Notes: generated by a model from the sequence alone, not told the origin. A stretch of 64,000 bases of DNA from Octopus vulgaris (GCA_951406725.2 OX597816.1:22072001-22136000), one strand, 5' to 3'; shown: positions 1-14,419, numbered from the stretch's first letter. Numbers and translations are program-made.

Positions 1-100
1 CTGGCTTCCCATCCAGCTGGAGAACACATACGCCATTGAAACCGGGAAACCGGGCCCATGATCCTGGTTAGGCTTTAAAAGGGCGCACTGATTTTTATTT
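1..100 (+). mobile_element. 3' end of SINE family C
   Basis: Matches 23240-23335. Confidence 0.75.
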
Positions 101-554
101 AAAAAATACAATAAAAAGATAACAAAAATACATGAATACGGCATTTGTTCAAATAATATCCAAAGTAACTTTATCTTGCGTTCTTCGTGTGAAACCATTA
201 GTGCGAAACACTTGTGACTTGGAAAAGTCTGACCACTTAAATTGCGATTCGGTTTCGAATCACTGCTAAAAGCCAATTAGGCCTTATATATATAAGCGCA
301 CAAAATTATGGTCAAAAACTCCTTTTAAAAACTATAATGTGAGAATAATATTATATGAACATCATTGTAGGTACAGCTTTTTACCTACGTCTTCTAATGA
401 AATGAATGAAATTAAATTGTGCCATGTGTCTATAATATCATCTTTTAACTCTTTCTGTATCTCATGTGTGTGTGATCGTTTGTATGTGTTTTTAAGTCGT
501 TGTTCATTCCTGATTAATGCAATTCGGATCGAATAGAACTAATGAGTTTCTTTA

Positions 555-956
555 AAAATATCGGTTTCAAATTTTAGCACAAAGCCAAGTGTTTCGGAGA
601 TGGGGTGGAAGACGATTACATCGAACCTAGTGCTCAGCTTATACTTATTTCATCCACCCACGAAAAGATGGAAGGCAAAGTCGACCTCGACGTAATATGG
701 ACAAAATGCTACGAACAGCCGGCTCTGCTTCCTAGGCATTCTGCTCTGCGTCCTAAAACTTTTTCCACCTCGCCATCTTAGGTTATTTACTAATATTAAT
801 TGAGGGAAATTGAAGGTGGTGATCTGACAGAACTTTTAGCATTCCACAAAAAAAAATGCTTAGCGGCATTTCGTCCGTCTTTACGTTCTGAGTTCAAATT
901 CCGCCGAGGTCCACTTTGTCTTCGGTATTGGTAAAATAGGTACCAAATGAGCACCA
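555..956. mobile_element. Two old SINE family B copies (minus ~555-780; plus ~810-956, resuming at 1515-1585)
   Basis: aaggcaaagtcgacctcg; ttctgagttcaaattccgccgaggtc. Confidence 0.6.
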
Positions 957-1516
957 GTGTAAATAATGTTTTATTGTTTAGAGATGGGGAATTCTGTACA
1001 TTATTTACATCAGATGGATATGTGTCCTCATCTTCTTTGTTGTTAACACAAAGTTTCGGCTTATTTACTCTCCAGCTTTCATCAGGTGTCCTTCTAGAAT
1101 CTTGAACCCAACCCTAGCTTCTCATTCCTAAGGTATTTCTTTTTTTGCTGAATGCTATTATTATTATTATTATTATTATTATTGAAAGCACTACCTGGAA
1201 TTGAACTCAGAATCATGGGGTTAGTAGCCCTCGCTCTTACTCATTACGGGCATATAGCATGAGGGTTAAGAGCGCGGGCTACTAACCTCAACCTCAAGAT
1301 TCTGAATTCAATTCCAGATAGTGCCTTGAATAAATAATAATAATGATAGTAATAACATCAGCAAAAAAAAAAAAAATACCTGAGGAATGAGAACCCAGGT
1401 TTGGGTACAAAATTCTACCAAGACACCTGATGAAGGCTGGAGAGTAAATCAGTCAAAATTTTGATGTAATAACAAACAAAATGAGGACAAATATACGTCC
1501 AATGTAAATAATGTAC
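957..1516. mobile_element. Foldback non-autonomous element: two inverted arms, each a tRNA-like head + (AAT)n + hammerhead-bearing tail, inserted in a SINE
   Basis: Arms 996-~1245 and ~1260-1516 are reverse complements. The centre has tRNA-like ggttaagagcgcgggctactaacc...ttcaattcc. An extra ~40-bp tail lies on one side only. Host SINE sequence resumes at ~1515. Confidence 0.75.
1045..1090 (-). ncRNA. Minimal type-I hammerhead motif (degenerate copies at ~1422-1468 + and 33116-33161 +)
   Basis: GACAC CUGAUGA A AGCU...AAGCC GAA ACUU U GUGUU. Three-copy consensus: GACAC CUGAUGA A GGCUG...CAGCC GAA ACGU U GUGUU. Confidence 0.7.
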
Positions 1517-1934
1517 TGGTGTCGATGTAATCGACTTACCCGTTCGTCGAATTTGCTGGCCTTATGTTCAAAATTCGAACGGTAATTTAATAGAAGTAAA
1601 TGAATTTGAAATTTCTCAATGCTTCAGGCACATTAATCTGAAACTAGTCTCTGACACTGCATTGTTAAAAGTACATAGATAATGTGAAACTCCGGTGCAA
1701 TGATAAAAACACGTCAGATGCTACCGATATCCACTTGTAGCTGTGAGTATTCAATTATCATAAATTTAAATACTTTACTCCAAGACAAAAATAAAGAAAC
1801 CTACAGCTGTTATAATCTAACAAAACTGTCAAAAATTATTAGCACATCGCATATAAAAATGTGTCACACGACCTCAAATACCTATGCACTCACACACACA
1901 CACACACACACATATATATAGAGATATATGTATG

Positions 1935-2163
1935 AAGTGTGTCAGCACCATGATCATAAGATTGTGGTTTCGATTCCTGGACCGGACGACGCGTTGTGTT
2001 CTTGAGTAAAACACTTCATTTCACGTTGCTTTACTCCATCCTTTCGGGGTCGATAAATTAAGTACCAGTTACGCACTGGGGCCGATGTAATCGACTTAAT
2101 CCGTTTGTCTGTCCTTGTTTGACCCCTCTGTGTTTAGCCACTTGTGGGTAGTAAAGAAATTGG
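1935..2163 (+). mobile_element. Chimeric SINE: family C head joined to family B tail
   Basis: 1935-2030 matches 23105-23198; 2036-2163 matches 16716-16841. Confidence 0.7.
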
Positions 2164-2404
2164 TATGAGCAACAGCGCTTTGTTTCACAGACATGTGACC
2201 AAGCTTGTGTCAACGAGGAAGTGAATGGATGGGTTGATTCAGAAAACTTTGAGGACAAATTGCCAGAACAATATACTAGTACTATGGGGGTTTATTTTTC
2301 CCACCCTTCTAGACTAGGTCTGTCAATTAGGGTGTCCCACAGTGACAAATTGATAGAAGAACCTGAACCAGTTCAGCGGTGCTAAAGCAAGAAGTTTCCT
2401 TTAA

Positions 2405-2745
2405 TGGAACAGCTGAACTACAGTGACAGACTAAAAAGAATTACGACGTTACTTCCTGGAGCAAAGACGTGATATGCGGTGATATACAAATGGAAGGTCC
2501 CAGAGCGTATAGCGCCGAAATTTATACCAACCCCTGAACTGAACGTCACTGCACTGTTGCAAATGTCCCAACCATTCCATCTAGAGTGAATCCCTCAGCT
2601 ATTTAATATCTTGTCAACATATCTGACAAATATCTCCAAGAAACAACTTGTCGTCTTAATTATCCAACTTTCCAACGAAATTACATCACGACAAGAAAAT
2701 TAAAATAGGGCGGAAACAACAAACTCTCTCATTCACCAAAACTCA
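2405..2745 (+). mobile_element. Highly decayed CR1/L2-like LINE fragment
   Basis: QLNYSDRLK..R.FLEQRR-like translation (L.Y..RL..L.L.SLE.RR motif) with frameshifts. Confidence 0.45.
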
Positions 2746-3965
2746 ATCACAGGAGAATGGATATTGAAGTAAAGGTGATGACACTGTCATTATCCCAGGA
2801 TGGTCATAGCTTTTAGGCTAAAAGGCATGAACGTATTAAAAAATAATGAATATATATATATATACACAGGTACATACATACACACATATATACAAACAGA
2901 AATACACACATACACAAATATATGCATACATACATGCATAAATACATACATGTATAAATATACACATATATACATACGTGCATGCATAAATGCATACATA
3001 TATATATGGTTTCGAACATATATTTTCGAATAAAATTTTGTAAGTGTATTTTTATATCCAAACCGATACACACTAATCTTACACACATTTATTCAGTAGT
3101 TTATATCTGACGTTAGTTTAAACATAGACAAACATACAAACATATAGCCACCTCCTTAAATACTATAGAAAATATTCTGCAAATATAACAACGTATACCA
3201 GAACACACACACACATAAGTACATGCTATATATATATATACATATATTGAAATATATTTAACATTTCCATTCAATTAATTCTATCACATTATTTTCCTCG
3301 TTGCAAATTGTTCAGAGACCTCTGCCAAGGCGAAAAAAATATCTATAGAAATATATACATATACATACATACATACACACATACACACATACACATATAC
3401 ATACGTACATACATACTTGCGTACGTACGTATTTCTGTATGTATATAAACGTGTGTCACCTGGGAAAATATATTCTGCTCAATTTAGCGACTAAAATCTG
3501 TTTCGATACCGTTCAGAGACTAATTTTCAGAAATTGTTTTTCTATTCCGCCAAGACTTTGCTATGATTCACCATTTACGTACAATTTTATATTTATTGAA
3601 TTCAGTTTCAGGGTAAGACAGACGGAGTATATTACCAAGAGTATTTTGCCTCCGTATTACCGGAAGTGTCTACAGTTTATTGTTTTAATGTTAAGACGTT
3701 GATATAGCTAAGCTGTTATTAGAAGATACACTTTAAATTACCCAGATACATGGATACACGCGGTCACACATAATGCACCTACATGCACATACACGTACCA
3801 GTGTGTATGCGTGTGTGTGTGTGTGTGTCAGTGTGTATATATACACACACACATATATATATATGTGTATATATATATGTATATACATATATAAATATAT
3901 ATGTATATATGTGTATGTATATATATTTAAATATATATGTACATACACTCGCACAGACATATACA

Positions 3966-4025
<60 letters not shown>

Positions 4026-4207
4026 TGAGTGTGTGTGTGTGCGTGTGTGTGAGTGTTAATTTAAATGGATTTTGTGTTTTAAAGACGTACAAAGTGCAAT
4101 ATAGAATTACACCGGACATTTCAGGATCATTAGATTTCATTTCTTAGTCACTCATTTTCACTAATATATAAAGTGACAGTTCGCTTTTTCGTCCTTTCCC
4201 CGTTGAT

Positions 4208-4306
<99 letters not shown>

Positions 4307-4479
4307 ACCATTCCATTTTATGCGAAGCACTCAGATTACAAAATATTTTCGTTCAAAAACAGCTGATAATATGCATATCACAGGGGAAAATCTATGTAAC
4401 GCTAGTACCATTGGTAAATAATTTATACTGCGTTACCCAAAATATCCATTTAAATTGTTAAATGCCAAGGGATTTATTA

Positions 4480-5645
4480 AATCATGGTATAATTACACTT
4501 TCGTTACAGGGCTTGCTACCATATTGTAAGCTATCCGTTATTCCTTGCGGAAAGGATTTTCTGTCTGTACCGGCGGAAATCTCTTACAGATGAATTGTTA
4601 TATCCCCTTCAGATGTGTATGTCTGTCCGTTCAACGACATTTAAAGAGAGCATTACAGGTTGAAATTTGAAGTTGCTTGCCTCAGTATATTCTGCTCTGT
4701 CTACAAAAATCTCTCCGGTCTGGCATGGTTGTGATGAAAGAGAATATCTCTATTATAATCCAGTACTAGGCGCTTCTTGTGGATCACTGCGCTTAATTTG
4801 TCCAACGTATCACAGTAAATATCCCAACTGATGTTCTTGTCCATTGGAAGACGCTTCCAAACGACAACATCCTTCACATTCCATGAAATTGATAGCATAA
4901 TTTTTTTCAGGTGAACTTCTGCTTTGGATATTGTTTATGAGGGTTCGTCATGCTTGCCCATAACTGTTTGCGTTTCGTTGCAGACATTTTACTTTTCGTC
5001 CGCTGTCATCAATCAATTCGAAAACAGGATAGCTTACTGCACATATCTTCAACAAGTCGCACGTGGAAAACCGTTGGGCGAAGTTAGCCTCATTCAATTG
5101 ACGTGGCATCCAAATGTCGAGCCTACTGATGTAACCAGTTTCATGCAAATGATTTACAACATTTGGTTTAGATATTTGGAGTAAATCTGAAAGCATCCCA
5201 GTCATATAATCAGGACTGGCACCGCCTTACTTCTTCATTTTCTTACTCTTAATCTCAGATAGTCAACCAGAGTGAGGTGCGTCTTGAACCAGAGAATTTC
5301 TCTATCAAAATCTTGAAAACCAGAATCCTCTGCGAACTCACGGTCCATAACAGTATACTCTCCGTACTCGATGCATATTTTCCTGCAAGTTTCTGCAGCA
5401 CTCCTCAATAATTTAAGTATAAAAGCTTAATGTGTCTATAATATTCGTACTGGTCCTCCATTTTCCAGATGATCCTCAGCAGAAAATATACGATCTGCCT
5501 CGTCGAAAGTTCATGTCAAAGTGTGTTGAAGTGTATTTCATCTCAATGTGCGCTTGCTCAAGGGACAAATTGAGGTTAGCTACTTACCCGAGCGCTTGAA
5601 TTCTAGTGTTGACAAAAACCGAACGCACTTTGGGGCCAATCCACA
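4480..5645 (-). mobile_element. Decayed mariner transposon (transposase pseudogene from ATG at 5461)
   Basis: Fragments MEDQYEYYRHI..., SRLDIWMPRQL (WVPHEL-like), MLSISWNVKDVV, YCDTLDKL..IHKKR...ILFHHNHARP (FHHDNARPH-like). Mariner-like TIR remnant at ~5610-5645. Confidence 0.85.
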
Positions 5646-5774
5646 AAACTTATAAGCTTCCTTGGTCCCTGTGGCTGTTACGATGTTTAAGTAACATGTT
5701 TAGTCAAAACGAATTTTATACCTTTTATGTAAGTATATTTATTTCACACAAACACACACACACGCGCGTGCATG

Positions 5775-5842
<68 letters not shown>

Positions 5843-5993
5843 TGTGTATGTGAGTGTGAGTGTGTGTATGTACATATATATACATTTATATATATAAGTG
5901 TATATATATATATATACATATAGATGTATATATGTGAGCGTGTACACACATACACACACATATATATATTATATATAATTATAATATATACAT

Positions 5994-6021
<28 letters not shown>

Positions 6022-6024
<3 letters not shown>

Positions 6025-6100
6025 TTGGGCAAGTGTCTTCTCGGGCAAAACAAAGCCTTGTGAGTGGACTTGGTACACGGAGACTGAAAGAAGTCAGTCG

Positions 6101-6179
<79 letters not shown>

Positions 6180-6400
6180 ATATGTTTGTGAGTCTATGTT
6201 TGTTCCCTCAACATCGCTTGACAACCGAGGCTGGTGTGTTTACGTTCCCGTCACTTATGGTTTCGGCTAGAAAGACCGATAGAATAAGTACTAGGCTTGC
6301 AAAGAATAAGTCCTGGGGTCGATTTGCTCAACTAAAGGCGGTACTCCTGCATGGCCGCAGTCCAATGACTGAAGCGAATAAATGAATAAAAGAATAAAGA
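6022..6400 (+). mobile_element. SINE family A, 5'-truncated
   Basis: Body and tail match family A. Confidence 0.75.
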
Positions 6401-7863
6401 GAGAGAGAGAGGGATGGAGATGAATATCGTATACGCTGTTGAGCAAGTATTTAATTTTAAAAGGCATCGATGTATCATACTTACTGCATTCACACAGTCG
6501 ATAGGACACTTACTGCACTATTCTCCCAGTGGTAATATCCTTTATTGATTTGCTGAGCTGAAAACATAAAACCATCTCCAAAAGAAGAGAAAATTCGTCC
6601 CCGCAATGGTCAATGAGAGCACTACACGCATTTCGGCCTTTCTGGGTCCTTTTGTGCAGGGCGTAATCACAGCCAACCCCATTTTCGGACGTGAATTCTT
6701 CGTTGCTGACTTAAGGAAATAAGAATAGCCCCATGGCTTAGTAAAATCCAATATACGTTGTTGGCGACTCTACAAAGCCGAGCCATATTGTTGAAAAATG
6801 CCGAAAGTTTGATACCTAATCGGAAACTGATTTCAGCTTGTTTAGGTTTGTTGGGTACCGTTCCGGTTTTTCTGGGAAATTTCTTCTCGTTATTTTAGGT
6901 CACCGCTTTCATGATTCATTTCTACTTCGCCGTTAATTGTATCATTCTTTTGCTCATAACCCACCTATCCCATCATCTACCGCTTTTAAAAAGCTAAAAT
7001 GTCCCACTTTCGTCTGATGTTTCATGCATACGTAGAATTCTACTGAAATAGCAGACGTAAAAAATACCAGACCACCACCACCACCAGAAAACCCCACATG
7101 CTAGAAACAACAGGTAAACGACATTATATCTGAAGAAACTTCCCCCGCTTTCCAGAAAAGCTAAAAGTGAAACGTTGGGAGTTTGTAGCTTTTTGAAAGT
7201 TGTTAGGTGATGGGTAAAATTCGAACTCTGTTTTTTCTCTATGGGTTACCAAGAAAAGGAATTTGAAGAAACTAAAGAGAGTGAGTGAGTGACTGCATTT
7301 CCGCATAACATATAGAGAAATGGATGTCTTTTAATGCAAAAGTTTTGGTTGTGGTTTATTTCATAAATATTCGTTTGTGCAGAATTTTATGCATGCGCGA
7401 AACATCGGAATAAAGTGAAACATTAGAAGCAAATCGAAATAATGTCCGAAAATGAGCTCCAAATTGTGCGATCCAACCTAGTTTCCGAGGTTATTTTAGT
7501 AGTAAAAAAAGAGATGTTATACCAAAAACATAGATTCGTTGGTAGATAGCTGATAAGTAGATTTCTTTATTATAGCACATATGTGACTAATTCGGAGAAA
7601 CATTACTTTCATTATTCACACATCGTCCCTCTTTTAATCCAACACTGTAATTACACTTCAAACTGAAAGAGTGAAACTACTTTCACTTTCTAATGAAATT
7701 TGGCCCTTGTAGCCTAGTGTATTTTAAATAACTATTGCTGGTTGTTGTGATAACGTAGAAAATATGTAAATTAAAAGGTTATCTGACATGTTTAATTGGT
7801 TTGACTTTTCTGCTCTTGGTAAGAATAGAAGTTATTTGACGAAATATATTTTTTTGTGATTGT

Positions 7864-8127
7864 CTCTCCTCTTACGGGTTCAATCTATGAAATATTGAAA
7901 TGATACTCATTTTGTCCATTCCACAGAATAAGATGATACTGGAGAGCATCAAAGGAGTGATGAATCTGTGAAATACATTTAAGGTAGTTATCCCGAATAC
8001 GTATCAAAATATCACGATTCTCATGGGGATTATCTACCGTAACGATGGTTACTTCATCAGATGTAGCCTCATTAAAACAGCGAAAAATGTTCTTTACTAT
8101 AGTTTACTATAGATGAACGAACGCAGA

Positions 8128-8177
<50 letters not shown>

Positions 8178-9117
8178 GACATATATACACTCATAGAATT
8201 GATAATATTGAAAACAGTAAAACGTATACACGCGAAATTCAAGTGTAACGAAAAGTAGTCAATATAGGTGCAAAACAGTTTCTGTAGCATAGTTATGGTA
8301 TGAAGACAATCTTTTAGGTAATATTTCCAAGGGAAATATTCCAGCGTCGGAAAGTGAACAATCTAGCACAAGTTACTATGCATCACCAATGTAACAAAGT
8401 ACAGAAAGTCAATAGTTACTTGGAACATGTTCTAAATGTTATAAATATTATAAAATTCACGATTGAATGATTGTCACGGGGAAGAAAGGAAGTTCTAAGA
8501 AAATTTACAAGGCATAATTCAATTTTCTATAATAATAATTTATTATTTTACAATTTTGAAACGAACGCTGAAAAGAATGTATAGAAATGAATATGTTGCT
8601 GTTGTGAACGTTAATTAATTTAAAACATTTCCTGAAGGATGTATGTAGCAAGATATAACTTAATTTGACATTACTGTATATTTTAACTGTGTAAGTTTTA
8701 TATGCAGTGGAATAAATACTGACAAACGCAGTAAAAAGCTTGTGCGTTGTTGAATAATGACAGTGAAGAAACAGCATAGCAGGAATAGGATAAGGACACT
8801 TGGACTGTTACATGTTTAAACTTTTCTGCTCTTGGTAGAAGCATTATCTTCAAACTCTCCTCTTACGGGTTCAATCTATGAAATATTGAAATGATACTCA
8901 TTTTGTCCATTCCACAGAATAAGATGATACTGGAGAGCATCAAAGGAGTGATGAATCTGTGAAATACATTTAAGGTAGTTATCCCGAATACGTATCAAAA
9001 TATCACGATTCTCATGGGGATTATCTACCGTAACGATGGTTACTTCATCAGATGTAGCCTCATTAAAACAGCGAAAAATGTTCTTTACTATAGTTTACTA
9101 TAGATGAACGAACGCAG

Positions 9118-9174
<57 letters not shown>

Positions 9175-9809
9175 GACATATATACACTCATAGAATTGAT
9201 AATATTGAAAACAGTAAAACGTATACACGCGAAATTCAAGTGTAACGAAAAGTAGTCAATATAGGTGCAAAACAGTTTCTGTAGCATAGTTATGGTATGA
9301 AGACAATCTTTTAGGTAATATTTCCAAGGGAAATATTCCAGCGTCGGAAAGTGAACAATCTAGCACAAGTTACTATGCATCACCAATGTAACAAAGTACA
9401 GAAAGTCAATAGTTACTTGGAACATGTTCTAAATGTTATAAATATTATAAAATTCACGACTGAATGATTGTCACGGGGAAGAAAGGAAGTTCTAAGAAAA
9501 TTTACAAGGCATAATTCAATTTTCTATACAAAAATAATTTATTATTTTACAATTTTGAAACGAACGCTGAAAAGAATGTATAGAAATGAATATGTTGCTG
9601 TTGTGAACGTTAATTAATTTAAAACATTTTCTGAAGGATGTATGTAGCAAGATATAACTTAATTTGACATTACTGTATATTTTAACTGTGTAAGTTTTAT
9701 AGGCAGTGGAATAAATACTGACAAACGCAGTAAAAAGCTTGTGCGTTGTTGAATAATGACAGTGAAGAAACAGCATAGCAGGAATAGGATAAGGACACTT
9801 GGACTGTTA
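7864..9809. repeat. ~950-bp tandem duplication (7864-8810 and 8855-9809)
   Basis: Near-identical units; the same spurious ORFs appear twice in the ORF track; (CA)n length differs slightly. Confidence 0.95.
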
Positions 9810-10892
9810 AAAGAAGCATTATCTTCAAACTGGTTATAAAAAGTGGAATAACATTTCTGTAAATATATATTAAAAGAGACGCTAAATATTTCTTCTTCCT
9901 CAAGTTTCCGAATTTGTTAAAAAAAAAAACAGAATAACTTTTTTTTTCACAGATATATTTGAGAGTATTGTAAATGTTGTTAAACCAGTCAAACCCTCCT
10001 GTTGGCGGTACTTCAAAGAGAATGCTGTTATTCCTTCATTGTCCAGGCAGCAACTATACTAAACTATTTCAAAATCAGTGCGTTTCACTGATATACTTTC
10101 ACACATCCTTCAGACCTATTTCTGTCCCAATCTGTCTTTGTTTTTAGATGTGTATTTATATCAGTCGTCGCAAAAATGTATGTATACTGACAAACATACA
10201 CAGTATCACGCATATACTTCTCAGTCATCTGTCTAACGTACCTAACGAACGCGCGAACACACTCATACAGAAAATGTGATGTCGTCGTAGTTGTACTGGT
10301 GTTATAAAATGTCGTTTACGATAGTTGACTAAAAGAAACATTATAGTGTTAAATTTTTGTAATGCAATTATGTGAATGAAAATACAGTTTAGTTGGCAGC
10401 CGAAAGCCTTCAGAATCTGTCTCTGTGGATCCTTCACATCCATTCATATATTTATGAGTTTATGTATGTATGCAAGCACATGGACACATTTTTTTTTTGG
10501 CAGACTGGAGAAAACCACTCTTTATCGAGAGACAATCTGTATCGCAGACATTGGATCCCTTTCCGTTGAATCATTCTAGAACGAGTTTAATTATGACTTA
10601 CGGTCAAGGAGTAGTCATAGAATTTTTGTTTCCTTTCTTTGTCGTTTTTACCCACTCTTTGTTTCCTTATACTGCTTTTTAGCATCAACGTTTTTCTCAT
10701 TTTGTCCTGTGGCTTTTTATGCAGCAGCGTGCCAATTTCCAAATGGAATAAGCTATGTTCTTAGAGCCCGTAAATTGCTTGGAGACACAAAATATAAAAC
10801 AAAAACCTCCTTATCAACATGTCTTAATGGCAAGAAACTATATGCAGCTCGTATTTTGATGCAGTGTACATTAAATCACACGCACACACACA

Positions 10893-11017
10893 CATACATA
10901 CATACATACATACATACATACATACATACATACATACATACATACATACATACGTACGTACATACATACATACATACATACATACATACATACATACATA
11001 CATACATACATACATAC
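10893..11017. repeat. (TACA)n tetranucleotide microsatellite
   Basis: Direct reading. Confidence 0.95.
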
Positions 11018-11270
11018 AAACAAATGTATGTTTGCGTTTCCGTATGTACCAACGAATACATTTTCTACAACCACACCTTAATGTTTGTATACATTTGCAG
11101 TCCTGCTTATTAAACTTTATTATAATTAGACAGAGGTGTGAACAGACGAGATACAGATCAGATTCCCACTTGGTTATCAATATTCTTGACTGTCAATCTA
11201 CGTCTGTATATCTACATATATTCAGTCTTGATGAAAATGATATATTGTCATATATCTATTCACACAGCCA

Positions 11271-11301
<31 letters not shown>

Positions 11302-12551
11302 TGCGTGTATGTGCGTAGGTGTGTGTAATCGTGTGAGTTTAGTATAATATATATGTATGAATGTATTATTTAGTAGCTATGAAGCTACATAAGTGCCTCA
11401 AACGTATACATTTTCGTGACAATGATCTTGTCAAGTGTTTTGGCAAGAATATAGGTCATTGCATCAATTATGCAGCTCTATAACTTATACACAAAGAGAA
11501 AGAAAGAAAAGAGAGAGAGAGAGAGGCATACACACACACATATTCACATTTATATATGTATGTGTATAATTATTAGATACAGTTACTCTGTTCTAGCAAA
11601 TTGTTTAAAGGTGAGACTAAAAAACAATTATAAACTTGTCAAGTAACGATCATTTCCTTATTAACGGCACATGACCCTACGTACATTTCACACCTGTCAT
11701 AACAAAAGCGGAGGTAAGAGGTCGACTTTTAGATAGTACATTGGAACTTACGTATAAGCAACATGTGTGTAGACACAAATAATCTGGTACTTCAAACAAA
11801 TTAAATATTCCTTGATAAAGACATTAGCAATCAACGGTTTTTTTTTTGTTGTTTTCAAACTGTTCGCACTAAGCCGTAGCTTTTCGGTACAGTTTTGTTA
11901 CAGTTCTCTTCTACACACTATCGACTCCGAATTTGTCTATGTGCATTTTCTGAATTAAATGATAGCCTACGTAGCGCTTAGTCACTTTGAGTCGCACTAG
12001 TAAGTAAAGGGACAGCTGCCATAATTTTGAAACACTACATCACTTAGTGTTTCTTCGTTATCGGTATCTCATATTTCTTTCAATAGAAATAGTCTTTTTT
12101 TTCTTTTCCTTTTCTTATATTCATCAACAATTGAAGTAAGACGCACTTATTATTTCGGTATACCATCAATCTCATTTTCACATAACTGGACCATTTTTAA
12201 GTGGTTTAGACTCACTGAGGTGTCTTCCAATAGTGCACTTTCTTTGTTTAAGAAATATGTCTGTCCATACTTTCTGATATTTCACAAATTTCTTTCAGCC
12301 TAGAACGAAATCTCCCCATTTCATCACAATCATTTTGTTGTATTTGACACATATAGCATTTCACTAGTGCAAACGGTAATCGCTTCCTTTCTCGATATCC
12401 TACTCGTCTTACATTGGTGTCGCTGGAATTAAAAGAGAATTCAGAGTTTGAATTCAAGTTTGATATATTTCAGGTTTAATTGGCAGTAGTCTGTTAAAAG
12501 TGCTTGCATTTAACCAGTCTACCGTTCAATGCGCAGAAACCTCGAATTAGT

Positions 12552-13150
12552 ATTGCAGAGTCTAAGCTTAAGCATTTAAATCCTTTTTTTCTGAATCTCT
12601 TCCTGAATTCCGGAACGTGTTTATTGAATAACAACAGCAGTAATTTTATTCAGATGAATACAGGTCATTGATTGGTTGAAATTACCGAAATACGACAACT
12701 TTAATACGAAATAACCTTGAAAATATAAACCTTTCTCAACAACGCTAAGAGTAAAATATGTTTTATATGACACTTTCTACCAGTGTCCAAAGTTTGAAAG
12801 TGTTTAGTAACAAAAAATTAATTTTTCGATCAGCCGTTGAAAGGGAAAAGTTGCAACATAGAGTGTCGATGGTGTGTATCATGATATTCAACCGAGGTGG
12901 ACTCACCATGGTTGTCTTCCCTTTTTAGTCCATGTGCAGTGTTATTACCACTAGTAATTATTAATATTGTATTGAGCTGCGACGGAGCTTAAAGAGTGAT
13001 ACTTTGTAGCGATGTATACCCGTGAACAATGAGCTGATTGAGGTTATTTTCATGAACCCGAATGCAGAAGAAAACCTGAGTTAGCATGAATCAGGAAGAG
13101 ATTCAGAACAAAAAACATGAACTAAATACTTAAGCTTAGGTTCTGCAATG
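12552..13150. repeat. Diverged ~60-bp inverted repeat pair (12552-12610 / 13089-13150), possible old MITE
   Basis: attgcaga..ctaagcttaag.attta...ttctgaatctcttcctga is present in inverted orientation at both ends. Confidence 0.55.
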
Positions 13151-13505
13151 CAGTGAAGTCATACAACATATGTAGTCGTTGTTATAGTCTAAAAGACAAA
13201 TGAATCACAAACACAAGAGACACCAGGCTCAATCCTACAATAACGCCAATATAGATTTTCGTGTTATTCATATTAAAGCTCAAAATGCTTCACAGATCTA
13301 AAGACTTGGTCTAGGCTTATCAGGACAGTGACTTGTCAAAGGATGTGTTACTAAAACCTGCGAACATAATTCTCATAAACAAGTGTCAGCGGCTAGTTGG
13401 CAGAATCGTTACCCCAATGGGCAGCCATACTTTCGGCGGTGCATCAGTTTTGAAATTGTGGGTTCAGACTCCATCAAGATCGACTTTATTATTTCTTCTA
13501 TTTTA

Positions 13506-13912
13506 TAGGCGTAGAAGTGGCTGTGTGGTAAGTAGCTTGCTTACGAACCACATGGTTTCAGGTTCAGTCCCAATGTGTGGCACCTTGGGCAAGTGTCTTT
13601 CTACTATAGCCACAGGCCGACCAAAGGCCTGTGAGTGAATTTGGTAGACAGAAACTGAAAGAAACCCGTCGTATATATATATATATATGTGTGTGTGTGA
13701 TGTATGTTTGTGTGTATGTGATTGTCCTTCCAACATCGCTTGACAATGGATGCTGGTGTGTTTACATCCCCGTAACTTAGTGGATCGGCAAAAGAACTCG
13801 ATAAAATAAGTACTAGGGGTCTTAGAATAAGCCCTGGTGTCGGCTTGCTCGACTAAAGGCGGTGCTCCAGCATGGCGACAATAAAATGACTGAAACAAGT
13901 AAAAGAGTAAAG
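13506..13912 (+). mobile_element. SINE family A, full length
   Basis: Same head, body and tail as 38307-38703. Confidence 0.8.
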
Positions 13913-14376
13913 TGTCTCCAAATATCTCTTTAGGTATGTTAGACTTTAGAAAGCCATTGAGTTTCAGAATAGGAGTGTGATTAGCAGAAACGAAATCTGT
14001 GAATAATTACATTTCTAAAAAAAGAGTATCATAGCTTTCTTCTAAAACATACGAATATCGCTGTCTGAAGAGACGGTTCACGCATGCGTATAAACTACCT
14101 AGGAATTACCCAACGAAGAACGATAGTTGAAAGCACGGGACTTGATGTAGACAAGGACGAGTAGTAATAGTTTCAGAAAATAGAAAGTAGGTGCGACCAT
14201 AGTTCATATTATTTACTCTGTTGGTTATTCTATAGACTGATTGTCGAATAAGCTGCTTGCGTGACACCGGCACAGTAACACCCACAGGCACACACGCACT
14301 TAGACAGACATATATATATATGTGTGTTTTTATATATATATATATATTTGTGCAGAAATACATACATATATAAATT

Positions 14377-14419
<43 letters not shown>

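Noticed and set aside
1190-1325. Functional tRNA genes (also the SINE heads)
   Set aside because: A/B boxes are present, but I see no complete cloverleaf; they are embedded in repeats.
6540-6960. Possible decayed transposase fragment on the minus strand
   Set aside because: Only vague motif resemblance; cannot be supported by eye.
7911-7990. Possible terminal exon (ttttgtccattccacag|NKMILESIKGVMNL*), duplicated at ~8902-8980
   Set aside because: Good acceptor-like motif, but too short and no other supportable exons; needs RNA-seq.
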